Shown in pieces: positions 38,650-52,115 of a stretch of 64,000 bases of DNA. The number at the start of each line of letters is the position of its first letter. The first letter of the stretch is position 1. The stretch lies in assembly GCA_951406725.2 (NCBI GenBank), contig OX597838.1, positions 23,932,001 through 23,996,000 of the forward strand, in the 5' to 3' direction. Made by a program: the position numbers and the translations under genes. The DNA comes from Octopus vulgaris (taxonomy: Eukaryota). The notes under the pieces were generated by a model. That model had not been told where the DNA came from. It searched no databases and saw only the letters and a list, made by a program, of their open reading frames with translations.

Positions 38650-38985
38650 GGTAAAGACCCCCTTCGGTCATGGATGACCATGGGATTGCACCTAGAAAGT
38701 TACCCTCCGAGACACAAGTCCGAGCAAAGTTATTTACAGAAGACCAGCAGTCACCCATGCATACCAAACTTCCCTCTCCACACCACCAATATTATTCAAG
38801 GCAAAGGCTGGTACAGCTTGGCACCAGTGATGTTGCAACTCATTTCTACAGCTGAGTGAACTGGAGCAACATGAAATAAAAGTGTCTTGCTCAAGAAGAC
38901 AACACACAGCTCAGTCAGGGAATCAAACTCACTACCTCATGATTGTGAGCCCGACACTCTAACCAGTGAGCCATGTGTCTTCACA
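38650..38985 (-). mobile_element. CORE-like SINE variant
   Basis: GCTGAGTGAACTGGAGCAAC...GTGTCTTGCTCAAG core with a different tail. Second copy at 50285-50625. Confidence 0.75.
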
Positions 38986-39485
38986 TATGTATAGGTGTGT
39001 GTGTGTGTGTATGCTGGCTTTGCTAGCTGGAGGTGCTTATCTATCCTGTTTGAAAACATAAGGACACAGTATGCTTGTGTCACCTGGCCAACTGGAAACG
39101 GTATTTCCTGGGGCTAAATAACAGTAGCATTCTTCCCTTTGGTGGGAGTGCCGCATTTTGTTGGCAACAAACCATCGCTTTATTGTGCTGCTACTGTATA
39201 AATCTCTCTGAGAGATGTAGAAATGCAATATTTCTAATTTTATACATAAATATATATATCGTTTAAGGTGAATGTTAAATGATGATGATGATGTATATAG
39301 TTTATAGATCCAATATAGGTAGAATCAACAACAACAAAAAATGCTCCATCCAATGAGAGATAAATATCAATTTAATACACAACTAAAAAAGCTAGTAATA
39401 GTTTCATGGTGTATTTCATAAATATGTCTAGTTAAAGTATCATAAAAGCATGAAACTGCTAGTAGCTCTTTTGGTTATGTATTAA

Positions 39486-39520
<35 letters not shown>

Positions 39521-39523
<3 letters not shown>

Positions 39524-39840
39524 TCATCATCATCGTTTAACGTCCGTTCTCCATGCTAGCATGGGTTGGACGGTTCGACCGGGATCTGGGAAGCCAGAAG
39601 GCTGCACCAGGCTCTGGTCTTATCTGGCAATGTTTCTACAGCTGGATGCCCTTCCTAACGCCAACCACTCCGTGAGTGTAGTGGGTGCTTTTTACATGCC
39701 ACCTGCACTGGTGCCAGGCGAGGCTGGCATCGGCCACGGTCAGATTGGTGCATTTTATGTGCCACCTGCACGGCAGCCAGTCGAGGCGGCACTGGCTTCG
39801 GCCACGATTCGGATGGTGCTTTTTACGTGCCACCGACACA
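39521..39840 (-). mobile_element. SINE family D with (GAT)n RTE-like tail
   Basis: AGGAAGGGCATCCAGCTGTAGAAAC domain and TTAAACGATGATGAT end. Other copies near 41355, 49540, 50640, 57345, 58650, 60500 and 62895. Confidence 0.8.
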
Positions 39841-39865
39841 CATACATACATATAATATGTGACCA

Positions 39866-40045
39866 CGTGTGTATCGTTAGCGATTTTTTTTTTACCTCCG
39901 TCTTCCTTTTCCTATGTTTCTGACGAAGAGCTCCGCTTGAAACATTAAATCCTCTTTCTTTCCTGAGCGTCCAATAACACTATACTTGTTCCACATCCTC
40001 TCATTGTTATGTTTTCTCTTTGTGTTTTCATGTTTGGATTAACTA
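39866..40045 (+). mobile_element. PLE-like pLTR fragment with minimal hammerhead motif (39917-39950)
   Basis: TTT-CTGACGA-AGAGCTCCGCTT-GAAACATTA-AA. Homolog at 19382-19548. Confidence 0.6.
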
Positions 40046-40895
40046 TATATATGTGTGTGTGCGGACATACATATATACATACACCATGCACATGCTTGCA
40101 CATCATGCATGTGCACGATGAGCTTCTTTCAGTTTCTGTTTGCGAAATCCTCTCACAAATCTTTGATCAGCCATGAGCTTTAGTAAGAGACACTTTGCCC
40201 AAGGTGCCAAACAGCACTTAAAAACCATGAGGCTGCGAAGTGAACTTTGTAACAAAACACGCCCAAGACATGCCTTGCCTTTGCCTAAAGCTGAGCATTA
40301 TATCAAATTATAAATCGGATGACGTGTTTGTCTAAACATGAAATACTAAAATAGAATGCAGTGCTATCCTCAATAAGCCTCTCCTGAGTCTCCTAAGATC
40401 ACAACAGGTAGAGCTATCAAGTACAATGCCAATTAACTCAAACCGTGTCTCAGCTAGCCTGCTACACCATGCACCACCTTTTAGCAAAACGCACTACCTG
40501 ATTCAGGTTAGCATTACTACTAGCTGTGTCTTGCAGTTGGGTAGTCATCATAAGGAAGGGGCATCAACTGTGAAAATAATGATAATAATAATAATAATAA
40601 TGCTAATCATAATGCTGTTCATGTCTCGGTGTCTTCCTGAAGAGACTGCCTTCCAACATGTGTGCTGCATAAACGAGACAGGTGTGTTGCGAAAAGTGAA
40701 ATCGTTTGAAGGTCAGGATGATTGAAATTTTCGAGGTTAGTGTGTTGTGTTTAATTGTTAATGAAGCAAAAAAAAAAACTGTGTTGCCATCCTTAAAAGG
40801 TTTTGAAAGCTCTGTTCTAAACAGCGCACATAGGCATGCAACATGTGTGTGCATGTACATACATGCATACATATATATATATATACATATACATA

Positions 40896-40947
<52 letters not shown>

Positions 40948-40974
40948 CATATATATACATACATATATATATAT

Positions 40975-41350
40975 ATTCTCTTTTACTTGTTTCAGTCATT
41001 TGACTGTGGCCATGCAAATCGACCCCAGCACTTATTCTTTGGAAGCCTAGTATTTATTCTATCGGTCTCTTTTGCCGAACCGCTAAGTTACGAGGGAAGT
41101 AAACACACCACCATCGGTTGTAATGCGATGTTGGCAGGACAAACACAGACATACAAACATGTACACACATACATATATATATATACATATATACGAGGGG
41201 CTTCTTTCAGTTTCTGCCTACCAAATCCACTCACTTGCCCAAGGTGCCATGCAGTGGGAATGAACCCAGAACCATATGATTGGTAAGCAAGCTACTTACC
41301 ATGCAGTGGGACTGAACTTGGAACCATGTGGTTGAGAAGCAAGCTTCTAT
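40975..41350 (-). mobile_element. family-A SINE with internal deletions and partial head duplication
   Basis: The ATGCAGTGGGA...AACCAT segment occurs twice. Confidence 0.8.
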
Positions 41351-42574
41351 TATCATTATCATCATTTAACATCTATTCTCCCGAGTGGCATTGGTTGCAT
41401 GGATTAACAGGATCTGGCAAACCGAAGTGCTTTGCACCAAGCACCAGTCTTCTGTTTTGGCATGGTTTCTATGATTGGGTGCCCTTCCTAATGCCCACCA
41501 CTTTACAGAATGTATTAGGTGCTTTTACGTGGTGGTGCCAGCATTGCGTGTGTGTGTATGCGGTTATCAATAATAAGAAAACCATAGCTCTTTGGCAAGG
41601 TCCTTTCTGATGTTTGTTCCTTATACAGTTACAGGCACTCCCTCATCACTCTCACCACCAATGAACCAGTGATTTTCCCATTACTGACTTGTAGCCAACA
41701 ATTCTATTGCTCACCATTTGCATTATAAAATAAAGATTAATGATGCCAAAACCAAATGTTGCATTAATCTTTTAGTATTTTTAACTGGCCCAAATATCCT
41801 ACCAGTTTTAAGTTCAAACTGGCCAGATCTGGTTTCTTATGCTTATCCTACAATGTTGTTTTAAAAGTAAAAGTCGAAATAATGTGAATAAATAAGCATT
41901 ACATTTGACAGAGAAATCTGAATGCTAAACAGTTAATAGATACAGTGAAATAATTCTATTTGAGTCTGAGGTGAACAGCAGAAAATAGAGAAAACTGTAC
42001 ATTAAATATTTATAGCATGAGAAATGAGCTGAAGCAATAATTTATTAAATTGGAAACAAAACAAATTAATGAGATTAGAACAAGACAAGAAAATGAAGAC
42101 CTTGGACCTCTTAGAATTTATAATTTTAGCAACTGCGGTAGGCTTGGTAAATTTTGGCTGGTTTATATTTTTATCCTGACCATTTTCTAGAAATGCCATG
42201 AAACTGGGCTTGTAGTCATATTCGTGACTCACATCATGTGAGTTTTGGTTAGGTGTTGAATTGGCAGAGATGTCAGGGTGTTGGGTGGAAGTGGTTCACT
42301 GCATTTCTTTCCAAATGTCAGTGCTCTGATTTCAAATTCTGCATGGAACAACTTTGCCTTTCATTCTTTCGGGGAGTAGGTGGGAGGTCAGTAAAAAAAA
42401 AAAAAAAAACGGCCTCCATGGTAGATTAGTAGAACTGTAAGACTATTGGACAGGGTGTGGCCTCGAGGTATTCATTCTAGTTACTTGCATTCTGAGTTCA
42501 TATTCTATGATGGAATTTTGTGCAGTTTAATACTCTTCACCCAGCAGCTTTGGTGTATGTTACTAGCATTTTGG

Positions 42575-43600
42575 TCAGATCAGTTTATTACCAGCCCATT
42601 TCATCATCAGCACATTTTGTCACCAGGTCATTTCTTTGCCGGTTCATTTTCTTACCAGGCGGTCAATTCATTACCAGCTCATTATACCACCTGTTAATTT
42701 TGTTACCAGCTCATTTTATCATCAGGTCATTTTATCACCAGCTAATTTCATCATCAGCACATTTTGTCACCAGGTCATTTCTTTGCCAGTTCATTTTGTT
42801 ACCAGGCAGGCCAATTCATTACCAGCTCATTATACCACCTGTTAATTTTGTTACCAGCTCATTTTGTCATCAGGTCGTTTTGTCACCAGCTAATTTCATC
42901 ATCTCATTTCATTGCCAGCATATTTTGTCACAAGGTCATTTCTTTGCCAGTTCATTTTGTTACCAGGCGGTCATTTCATTACCAGCTCATTATACCACCT
43001 GTTAAATTTGTCACCAGCTAATTTCATCATCTCATTTCATTGCCAGCACATTTTGTCACAAGGTCATTTCTTTGCCAGTTCATTTTGTTACCAGGCGGTC
43101 ATTTCATTACCAGCTCATTATACCACCTGTTAATTTTGTCACCAGCTAATTTCATCATCTCATTTCATTGCCAGCACATTTTGTCACAAGGTCATTTCTT
43201 TGCCAGTTCATTTTCTTACCGGGCAGCCAATTCATTACCAGCTCATTATACCATCTGTTAATTTTGTTACCAGCTCATTTTATCATCAGGTCATTTTGTC
43301 ACCTGCTAATTTCATCATCTCATTTCATTGCCAGCCTATTTTATCACAAGGTCATTTCTTTGCCCGTTCATTTTGTCACCAATCAGGTCAGTTTGTTTCC
43401 CAGCTCATTAATACCACCAGTTAATTTCGTCACTAGGTCATTTAATCGCCAGCTCATTTCGTTGTCAGGTCATTTTGTCACCAGCTAACTTCATCACTAG
43501 GTCATTTTGTCATCAGGTCATTCTGTCAGCAGCTTATGACATCACCAGTTCATTCCATTGCTAGCTTATTTCATCACCTGGTTAAATTTGTCATCAGTAT
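42575..43600. repeat. higher-order minisatellite: ~16-bp subunit TCATTTTGTCACCAG in ~128-bp units
   Basis: Equivalent ORF starts at 42912, 43040 and 43168 show the 128-bp period. Confidence 0.9.
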
Positions 43601-43877
43601 CCAAAACAGAACAACAGCTGTTTATTAAATGAATGTTGCTTTAAACAAGTTACTGAACTGGTGTTAAGGAATACAAGCTTTCTCTTTCTGCTGATATTAA
43701 AATGTAGGGAATAATAGAAACTGGAATGGAGCATTGGAAATTAAATCAAACACTGACAATACTGAGATAAAATCCTTCCTTGTTTTTATTTTTTTGCTTT
43801 TTGGTTTCTTTTGGTTTCTTTCCTTTATCGTAACCAAGGAACATACATAAAGTGACACTTGTGGAAGTTGATAGTTA

Positions 43878-43908
<31 letters not shown>

Positions 43909-44628
43909 TTGTATATATACATGTGTATGTCTGTATATATGTGCATGCATTCATGTATGTGTGTGTGTATATATATATAAATAAAACTTACATAAGCAAA
44001 ATGAAAAGAAAATTATGTAAAAAAAATTATTCCTGGAATATATATTTTTTTTTTTAAATTATCAAAAACATACATTCTGAACACAAAAATGACAAATAAA
44101 AAACTAAAGTTAAAATAAAAATGAAATTTAGATATTAACATTTCAGGTTACGAGCAACTACTTTCAAGAAAATTTTTTGTTCAGAATAGTAATTGTCTGT
44201 GACAGAACAGTATTTGTCTATCACATTTCAAATGTGAATTTTTCATATCTCTATATTATTTTGTTTTTTAGTTGGTTTCTTCTCCTCGGATAAATTTTTG
44301 TAATATGGCACTTGTTTGGTTGGAGCTGTTGTGATGAACATATTCTCCATGATGGAGTCAAATAACGAGATAATATGTGTGTTACTCTCATTATCTCTCC
44401 TATATCTCTGGAAATATCATCTTCATTTGTTTGCATTACATATTAAACAGCACCAGTTTAACCCTTTTGCTACTAAATTTCTATTGATACACACTGGTTT
44501 TGCTTCAGTTAATTTTGAAAGTAGTGAAAGATTCAGTAAGGTAACTGTCATTATTAAACTAGTGTTTGGAACTTAAATATAAATGGAATTTTGATGGAAG
44601 ATTTTAATTTATCTCAGGAGATAAAGTA

Positions 44629-45194
44629 TTGGGTTGTCCGGAAAGTTCATGCCAATTTATAGTAGCTTACTTTTTGACTTATTTTAGAACATGGTTGAGT
44701 CCATAAAATAGGATTTGACTACACCTCCATTTAGAGCACAGTTTAAGCTATCTTTTCGTGGAAGAAGGTTTATGTTCCTATAACCTGTGTTAATTCTGTA
44801 ACCCTTTAAAATGGAAGATAAGAAAGTTCATTTTTGGCACTTGATGCTTTGGGAACCAAACAAAAATTGATGCAGCTCGGCTGGGATGTGTTACCCCACC
44901 CTCCATATTCATCAGATATTGCTCCTTCAGATTTCCACTTATTCAGGTCTCTGCAGAATAGTCTTAATGGTAAAAATTTCAATTCCTTGGATCATGTAAA
45001 AAGATACCTTGATGAATTCTTTGCCATGAAACCAACTTAATTCTGGGAAGAGGATATTTTCAAGTTAAAGGAAAAATGGAGACGCATTGTGCAAGAAAAT
45101 GGTTCATATTTGGTTGATTAAAAATGTAATGGCAAGTATTTATTGACCTTTTTCTTTCCTTTAAAAATTGGCACGAACTTTCCAAACAACCCAA
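44629..45194 (+). mobile_element. internally deleted mariner element with both TIRs
   Basis: TIRs TTGGGTTGTCCGGAAAGTTCATGCCAATTT / AAATTGGCACGAACTTTCCAAACAACCCAA, TA TSD. MEDKKVHF start fused to LGWDVLPHPPYSSDIAPSDFHLFRSLQNSL...KWRRIVQENGSY. Confidence 0.92.
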
Positions 45195-45452
45195 TAATAG
45201 GATAAAATAATCTGGTGACACTCTGACTTTGATGTTGAAGACAAATTGATCTGGCAATGAACTGACTAACAAATTGACCAATGACAAAATGACAGATAAG
45301 ACAAATTATCCTATTGGCCACTTAGATTCATCTTAGCTGTACAATTGATATTTACTTCTGTGTTGAGTACATTTTCCTGTTGTTGTAAACAAAAATGCAC
45401 TCATACATACATACACCACACACAAATACAGACACATATATATCTATGTATG

Positions 45453-45493
<41 letters not shown>

Positions 45494-45879
45494 CCACATA
45501 GTAGACACAGAAACATGGCAAATTTAACTATTTCTCAGCAGATTGAGATTCTCAATGGGAAACTGATAAACTGCCTTACTTGATTTTCAAACCTTATTGG
45601 TTTCTCAGTAGAAGTGTCTGCATCACTTGACCAATCCTTGAGAAACAAGTAACCATTATGTTTATCTACACAACAAATCCAACAGCTGGAGCTACATATT
45701 ATAAGTGTTTAACACTTTATTGTAATAGCTAAAAGGAACACCCAAGCTATGGTTTTTCCTTTCAGTTCAATAATAATTAATCTGTCTCTCCAGTTTTGCA
45801 AGGTCTTTCAGCATGAAACCATCCGTTAACATAATTTGGCTGTTATGAGACCATATTCTAGAGTATTGTATAAGAAGTG

Positions 45880-46079
45880 TGTGTCTGGCCAGATGGACAA
45901 AATAGTTAGTGGCCTTTTCTTCTGGCTCTTTACGTTCTGAGTTCAAATGTGGCCATGGCCTGCTTTGCCTTTCATCCTTTTATGGTTGATAAAATTAGTA
46001 CCAGTTGAGCACTGGGGTCAGTGTAATTGACTTACCTCCCCCCTTCCAAAATTGTTGGCCTTGTTCCAAAATTTGAAAC

Positions 46080-46110
<31 letters not shown>

Positions 46111-46290
46111 GTTATTATTATTGTTATTATTATTATTATTATTATTATCAAGTGACAAAGCATTGCATGCCATCAAAGTAACACTGGGGTAAAATATACG
46201 AAGCCCAGTATACCCATCTTGACTACCCATCTGATAAGGGTACACCAGGCACATGCATCACAACCATATATGCACGTCATGGTGATCTCA

Positions 46291-46326
<36 letters not shown>

Positions 46327-46465
46327 TCAATTTCCGCCGGGGTCAACTTTACCTTCCATCCTTTCAGGATCAATAAAGTAAGTTGCAGTTGAGCACATGG
46401 GTCAATGTAATCAACTTACCCCCTCCCTTGAAATTGCTGGACCTGTGCCAAAATTTGAAACCATT
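45880..46465 (+). mobile_element. family-B SINEs with (TTA)n tails and an intervening unknown repeat
   Basis: Family-B motifs at about 45930-46080 and 46330-46465. Confidence 0.75.
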
Positions 46466-46472
46466 CTTATTA

Positions 46473-46510
<38 letters not shown>

Positions 46511-46628
46511 GAAATATTTTATACCTAAAGAAAAGCCTGTAACAGCAGGTAACTACATGGATAATTACTTTGTCTGGCCATTAAGTTGCAGTAACATAAC
46601 TGATTCTGATCTGTACAGCACAGCATGT

Positions 46629-46668
<40 letters not shown>

Positions 46669-47000
46669 TATACAACATACACCACACGGTAGAGATTTTC
46701 TGTTAGATTATTGTTTTGTTCTTATTGTTGTTGTCATTGTTGAGTTGTTTATTTTATTTATCTAATTTATATATTGCAATTTTCGGTGAATAATAAACGT
46801 TGGTTGGTTGGTTACTGGTTTTCAACGGGTTCGCTACACTTTTGATATATTGTATGTATGTGTGTGTGTGTGTAGAAGCATATGTATGTATAGTCTGTCT
46901 GTCTGTATGTATATGTGTGTATGTATATGTATGTATATATATATAGATGTATATATATATGCATATGTATATGTATGTATGTATATACATATATATGCAT

Positions 47001-47039
<39 letters not shown>

Positions 47040-47047
<8 letters not shown>

Positions 47048-47262
47048 GGTATGTATATGCATATATACACATGTATGTATATATATATATGCAGGTATGT
47101 ATATGCATATATACACATGTATGTATATATATATATGCAGGTATGTATATGCATATATACACATGTATGTATATATATCTATGCAGGTATGTATATGCAT
47201 ATATACACATGTATGTATATATATCTATGCTGGTATGTATATGCATATATATGCATGTATTT
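47040..47262. repeat. ~46-bp minisatellite ATGCAGGTATGTATATGCATATATACACATGTATGTATATATAT
   Basis: Five tandem copies within a large (TA)/(TG) field. Confidence 0.9.
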
Positions 47263-47367
47263 ATATATATGTGTCTATGCATATGCATGTATGTATGTAT
47301 ATATGTGTGTGTATGTATATATATATATGTATATATATTTATGTATGTGTATATATGTATGTATGTA

Positions 47368-47412
<45 letters not shown>

Positions 47413-47824
47413 ATGTGTGTATGTGTGTATATATGTATGTGTGTATATGTATGTGCATTTATACATGTATATGTGTGTGTATGTGCCCCTCTGATAATAT
47501 TCTTTATTGATTAACAATAAACAGTTTCGTTGTTACTTACATATATTTCGTTAATCTGTTCAGCATATCTTCATTTTTTTATTTTGATTTTTGGCAATTT
47601 CATTTCATGTCGGTCTTTTGTTTCCATTTCATATTTCTAAGACCTATTCTGGCATTAGAAAGAAATATGAATTTAAACTCACAGGGCTGGGCTCTGATAG
47701 AAGACACTTGCTGAAGGGTCCATTCATGCAAGCAAGCTTCTTAATAGCCATACGTCTCTCTACCTGTTTCGAGGATAATGCTGAGGATAATAAAGCAGAT
47801 TTTCAAAGTAGATCTATTGCTACT

Positions 47825-48035
47825 CTTATACTCTTTTACTTGTTTCAGTCATTTGACTGTGGCCATGCTGGAGCACCGCCTTTAGTTGAGCAAATCGACC
47901 CCAGGACTTATTCTTTGTAAGCCTAGTACTTATTATATCAGTCTCTTTTGCCAAACCACTAAGTTACAGGGATGTAAACACACCAGCATCGGTTGTCAAG
48001 CGATGTTGGGGGGACAAACACATACATACAAACAT

Positions 48036-48066
<31 letters not shown>

Positions 48067-48237
48067 CATATACACGACTGGCTTCTTTCAGTTTCCGTCT
48101 ACCATATCCTCTCACAAGGCTTTGGTCGGCCCGAGGCTATAATAGAAGACACTTGGCCAAGGTTCCATGCAGTGGAACTGAACCCGGAACCATGTGGTTG
48201 GTAAGCAAGCTACTTACCACACAGCCACTCCTGCGCC
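47825..48237 (-). mobile_element. full-length family-A SINE
   Basis: Head to tail recognisable. Confidence 0.9.
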
Positions 48238-49719
48238 TAGGTCAAATAAATAAAGTGGAGGTGCGTGGCTTAGTGGTTAGGATGTTGGACTTCTGATTGT
48301 AAGATTGCAGTTTTGATACCAGGACCGGGTGACACATTATGTTCTTGAGCAAAACACTTCATTTCACACTACTTCAATCCATTCAGCTGGCAAAAGTGAG
48401 TAATCCTGTTATGGATTGGTGTCCTATACAGGTAGGGAATATATATGCCATAAAAACCTGGAAACCAGCTCTATGAGTCAATATCACCCAGAAAGGAACT
48501 TTACTTTTACTATTTATAAATAAATTCAATTTAAATCCATTTTTTTTTTCAAATACCAATACAAGTATAAGATAAAAAAATGAAATGAAATTGCAAAAAT
48601 TTAAATGAAGAATGAAATATGCTGAACAGATTAATTAAATATGCAAGTAATGATGAAATTGTTTATTGTTAATCAATGAAGAATGTGTTTTATCGAATGT
48701 AACATTTAATTTTTTTCTTGTATGTCATTAGACAGTATTGTGAGGAGACTGGTTTATGTTAGTCACTGTTTTTTTTTGTTTTTTTTTTACTAGTTCGGTA
48801 GTATCATTGCCCAGTGTTGCCTCCTATCAGATTCCCAGATGTATTTCTAGCTCTTTGGCAATTATCAATAGGAAATAAAAGGAGAAGTAAATCTGAGCAG
48901 ATCTTAAATCTGTAGTAGCTTTAACTAAAACACACTCAAAAACATTGACTGAGTTGCACTGTGTGACTGCCATTGCTCCAGTCCACTAAGCTGGCAAGAA
49001 TGAATTGTACCTGTATTTCAAAGGGCCATATCACACTCTGTGTCATGGCGAATCTCCATGAGAACTACATTAAGGGTTCACATGTCTTTGAAGTGCATAT
49101 CAATTTCATGAACAGGCTGTTCCAATGATAGGGTCAACTGGAATCCTCGTCATCATAACCGATGGAGTACCAGCTTTTCTTTTTGTTTTTCTTTTCTCCA
49201 TGCATGGCTTGAACATCAACAACAGCTTCCATTCTTCTTTAATTTGCTTCTACTTTAGATGTGTGTATGCTCCAATAGATCACAACTTTATTCTATTCTT
49301 AATCATTTTCTGTTCATTTACTCTCATATTCAATTCATCTGGTGTCAAGAGTCACCTGTATCTGTTCTTCCTGCTCTCTGATATAAAATACATTATACAT
49401 TGCATGGTGTCGTGTAAAAAGCACCTGTGTGGCGACATATAAAAGTGTCCATGCAGTGTCGTGTAAAAGCACCTGTGCAGTGCCACATCAAAACACCTGT
49501 ATGGCGCAAACATAAAAGCACCCATGTGGTGCCATGTAAAAGCAGAGCACCCAACACACTCTGTAAAGTGGTTGGTGTTAGGAAGGGCATCCAGCCATAG
49601 AAACCATACCAAATCAGACTGGGGTCTAGTGCAGCACTGTCCCACCCCTGCCTCCAGCTTGCCAGCATGGGCAATAGATGTTAAATGATGATGATCCTCC
49701 AGTACATCATACACCCAGT

Positions 49720-50110
49720 ACATCTAGCAATTTTACATGGTTGTGAGACACGGGCCTTGAATGCAGAGGACATGCAAAGGCTAGAGAGGAATGAGGCTGG
49801 TATGCTCCACTGGATGTTCGACAGAGTGCTGGTGTATTGAGAGAGATATTAGGCATAGGAGGAATTAGATGCAGTGTGCAAGAGAGAAGACTGCACTGGT
49901 TTGGTCACATGACACAGATGGATACTGACGGCTCTGTAAAGAAGTGCCGATCTCTCAAAGTGGATGGAACTCATGAAAGAGGGGAACCCAGGAAGACATG
50001 GGATGAAGTACTGAAGGATGACATCAATATGCTGAACCTTTCAAATGAGATGATAAAGCTCTAAGATACCTGGTGTCTTGCCGTACTCAAGTGGACCCAT
50101 CCTCCACAGC
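49720..50110 (+). mobile_element. RTE-clade LINE 3' ORF remnant
   Basis: ILHGCETRAL...RLERNEAGMLHWM / LREILGI...QERRLHWFGHMTQMD...CRSLKVDG...GEPRKTWDEVLKDD, a typical RTE C-terminus. Confidence 0.85.
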
Positions 50111-51149
50111 AGAAGTGTTAAGGCTGCTCCCCCTTATGACGAGGACTGGTCTGCAAGAGTCCTGTGCCGGTGCCATGTAAAAACCACTTGTGCTGGTGCC
50201 ATGTAAAAGTGCTTGTGTGGTACCATGTTAAAAGCACCCAGCACACTCTATAAAGTGGTTGGTTTTAGGAAGGGCATCCAGCTGTAGAGGATAAAGACCT
50301 CCTTCGATCATGAATAACCATGGGATTGCATCTAAAAAGTTCTCCAAGGCACAAGTTTGGACAAGTTTGTTTATGGAAGACCAGCTGTCACCCATGCATA
50401 CCAGCCTCCCTTCTCCATGCCACCGATGTTGTCCAAGGGAAAGGCAAAGGCTGATACAGTTTGGCACCGGCGATGTTGCAACTCATTTCTACAGATGAAT
50501 GAACAGGAGCCACATAAAATAATGTATTCTGCTCGAGTACACAACACACAGCCTGGCCCAAGAATTGAACTCACTGCTTCATGATTGCAAGCCTGACACT
50601 GTAACCACTGAACCATGTGTCTTCACATGACTGTAGAAACCATCAAGCTGTAGAAAACATCCAGCTGTAGAAACCATGCCAAAACAGATTGGAGCCTGGT
50701 GCAGTTCTCCCGCTTGCCAGCTCTAGCCAAACTGTTCAACTCATGCCAGCATGGAAAACAGATGTTAAATGGTGATGATGATGATGATCCAATCCATTAT
50801 ATACCCAATGCATAATATACCCATACAATCCATTGTGTAATCCATTTCATCTCATATTGCTTTGATTGTTGCCACAAGTTACTGTTTCTCAACCTTTTAT
50901 CATTGCAGTCCATTTTTGGTTAATCAATAACCCGTTGCGATGCATTTGTTAATTAACTATACCTAATTAGCAGTGTCTCTTTCAATCTGTCCGTTTCTTC
51001 TCCTTCGCTCCCCTCACCGTCACCGACATGCACATCAAAGGCAATTAAACTACTCTGACTATTTCTGTATTTCATTAAATCAGTGATTGACAGGTCATTT
51101 AGTCAGCTGCATATTGGATGGAAATGTTCCTTATAAGTTAAACCATTCC

Positions 51150-51350
51150 ATAAGGGGATGTCGAAAAGTTCCTGGCTTTAAGGGTGTTGCAAAAGGCCTG
51201 GTTGGAGGCTCGACCATCCAAGTTCTTTTACAGGGCTTAGAAAAACTGAAGAACCACTGCAATAAGTGTGCGAATCTGAGAGGGGAACATCTATTATAAA
51301 ATCCATTCTGTCTGTCTGTGTGTGTTTTTTCTAGGATCTCGGGCATCCTC
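51150..51350 (+). mobile_element. mariner-derived MITE (irritans-like ends)
   Basis: GGGGATGTCGAAAAGTTCCTGGCTTT end; retains the transposase tail GLEKLKNHCNKCANLRGE. Confidence 0.7.
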
Positions 51351-51649
51351 TATCCAATTGTGCCCAAATTTGATATGTAGATACTGACGGTATCAGGGCG
51401 TGTATAAGTCTTTAAAAAATTACAAAAATCGATTCCAGGTGAGAATGCGATCGATAAAGCTGTGGGAACGTGCATTTGTAAAATCGTTTTCCTTGGAATA
51501 GAAAAGAAGTCTATCTTTATTTCTTCTTTTGCTGGTGTCTCAAATTCAGGTTAAATCAGTGTTTCTCAAATGGGAGGCCTATGGGACAGTCGGACAAGTT
51601 GTTTTGAGAAAATTTGGTTTAAGTGTTTGACAACTCAGCACCCGTCCAT

Positions 51650-52115
51650 TGTACTTATTCTATCGGTCTCTTTTGCCGAACTGCTAAATTATGGGGACGT
51701 AAACATACCACCATCAGTTGTCAAGCGATGTTAGGGGGACAAACACACACAAACATATACACACGTACATATATATATATACATATATACGACAGGCTTC
51801 TTTCAGTTTCCGTCTACCAAATCCACTCACAAAGGCTTTGGTCAGCCCGAGGCTATAATAGAAGACACTTGCCCAATGTGCCACGCAGTGCGACTGAACC
51901 CAGAACCATGTGGTTCGTAAGCAAGCTACTTACCACACAGCCACTCCTACGCCTATGTTCTGAGTTCAAATTCTGCTGAGGTTAGCTATGCCTTTCGTTG
52001 TTTCGGGATGGATAAAATAAGTAACCAGCTGAGCAATGGAGTCAACGTAATCAGTTTGCCCCATCTGCACCCCCCCCGTTGAAATTCCTGGCCTTGTGCC
52101 AAAATTTGAAGTCAT
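51650..52115. mobile_element. family-A SINE (minus) inserted next to a family-B SINE (plus)
   Basis: Diagnostic motifs. Confidence 0.8.

Noticed and set aside
42575-43600. CRISPR-like or repeat-protein appearance
   Set aside because: No unique spacers, eukaryotic context, and the 128-bp period breaks the reading frame.
44834-45040. SETMAR-like gene
   Set aside because: Only an internally deleted mariner with a stop codon; no SET domain.
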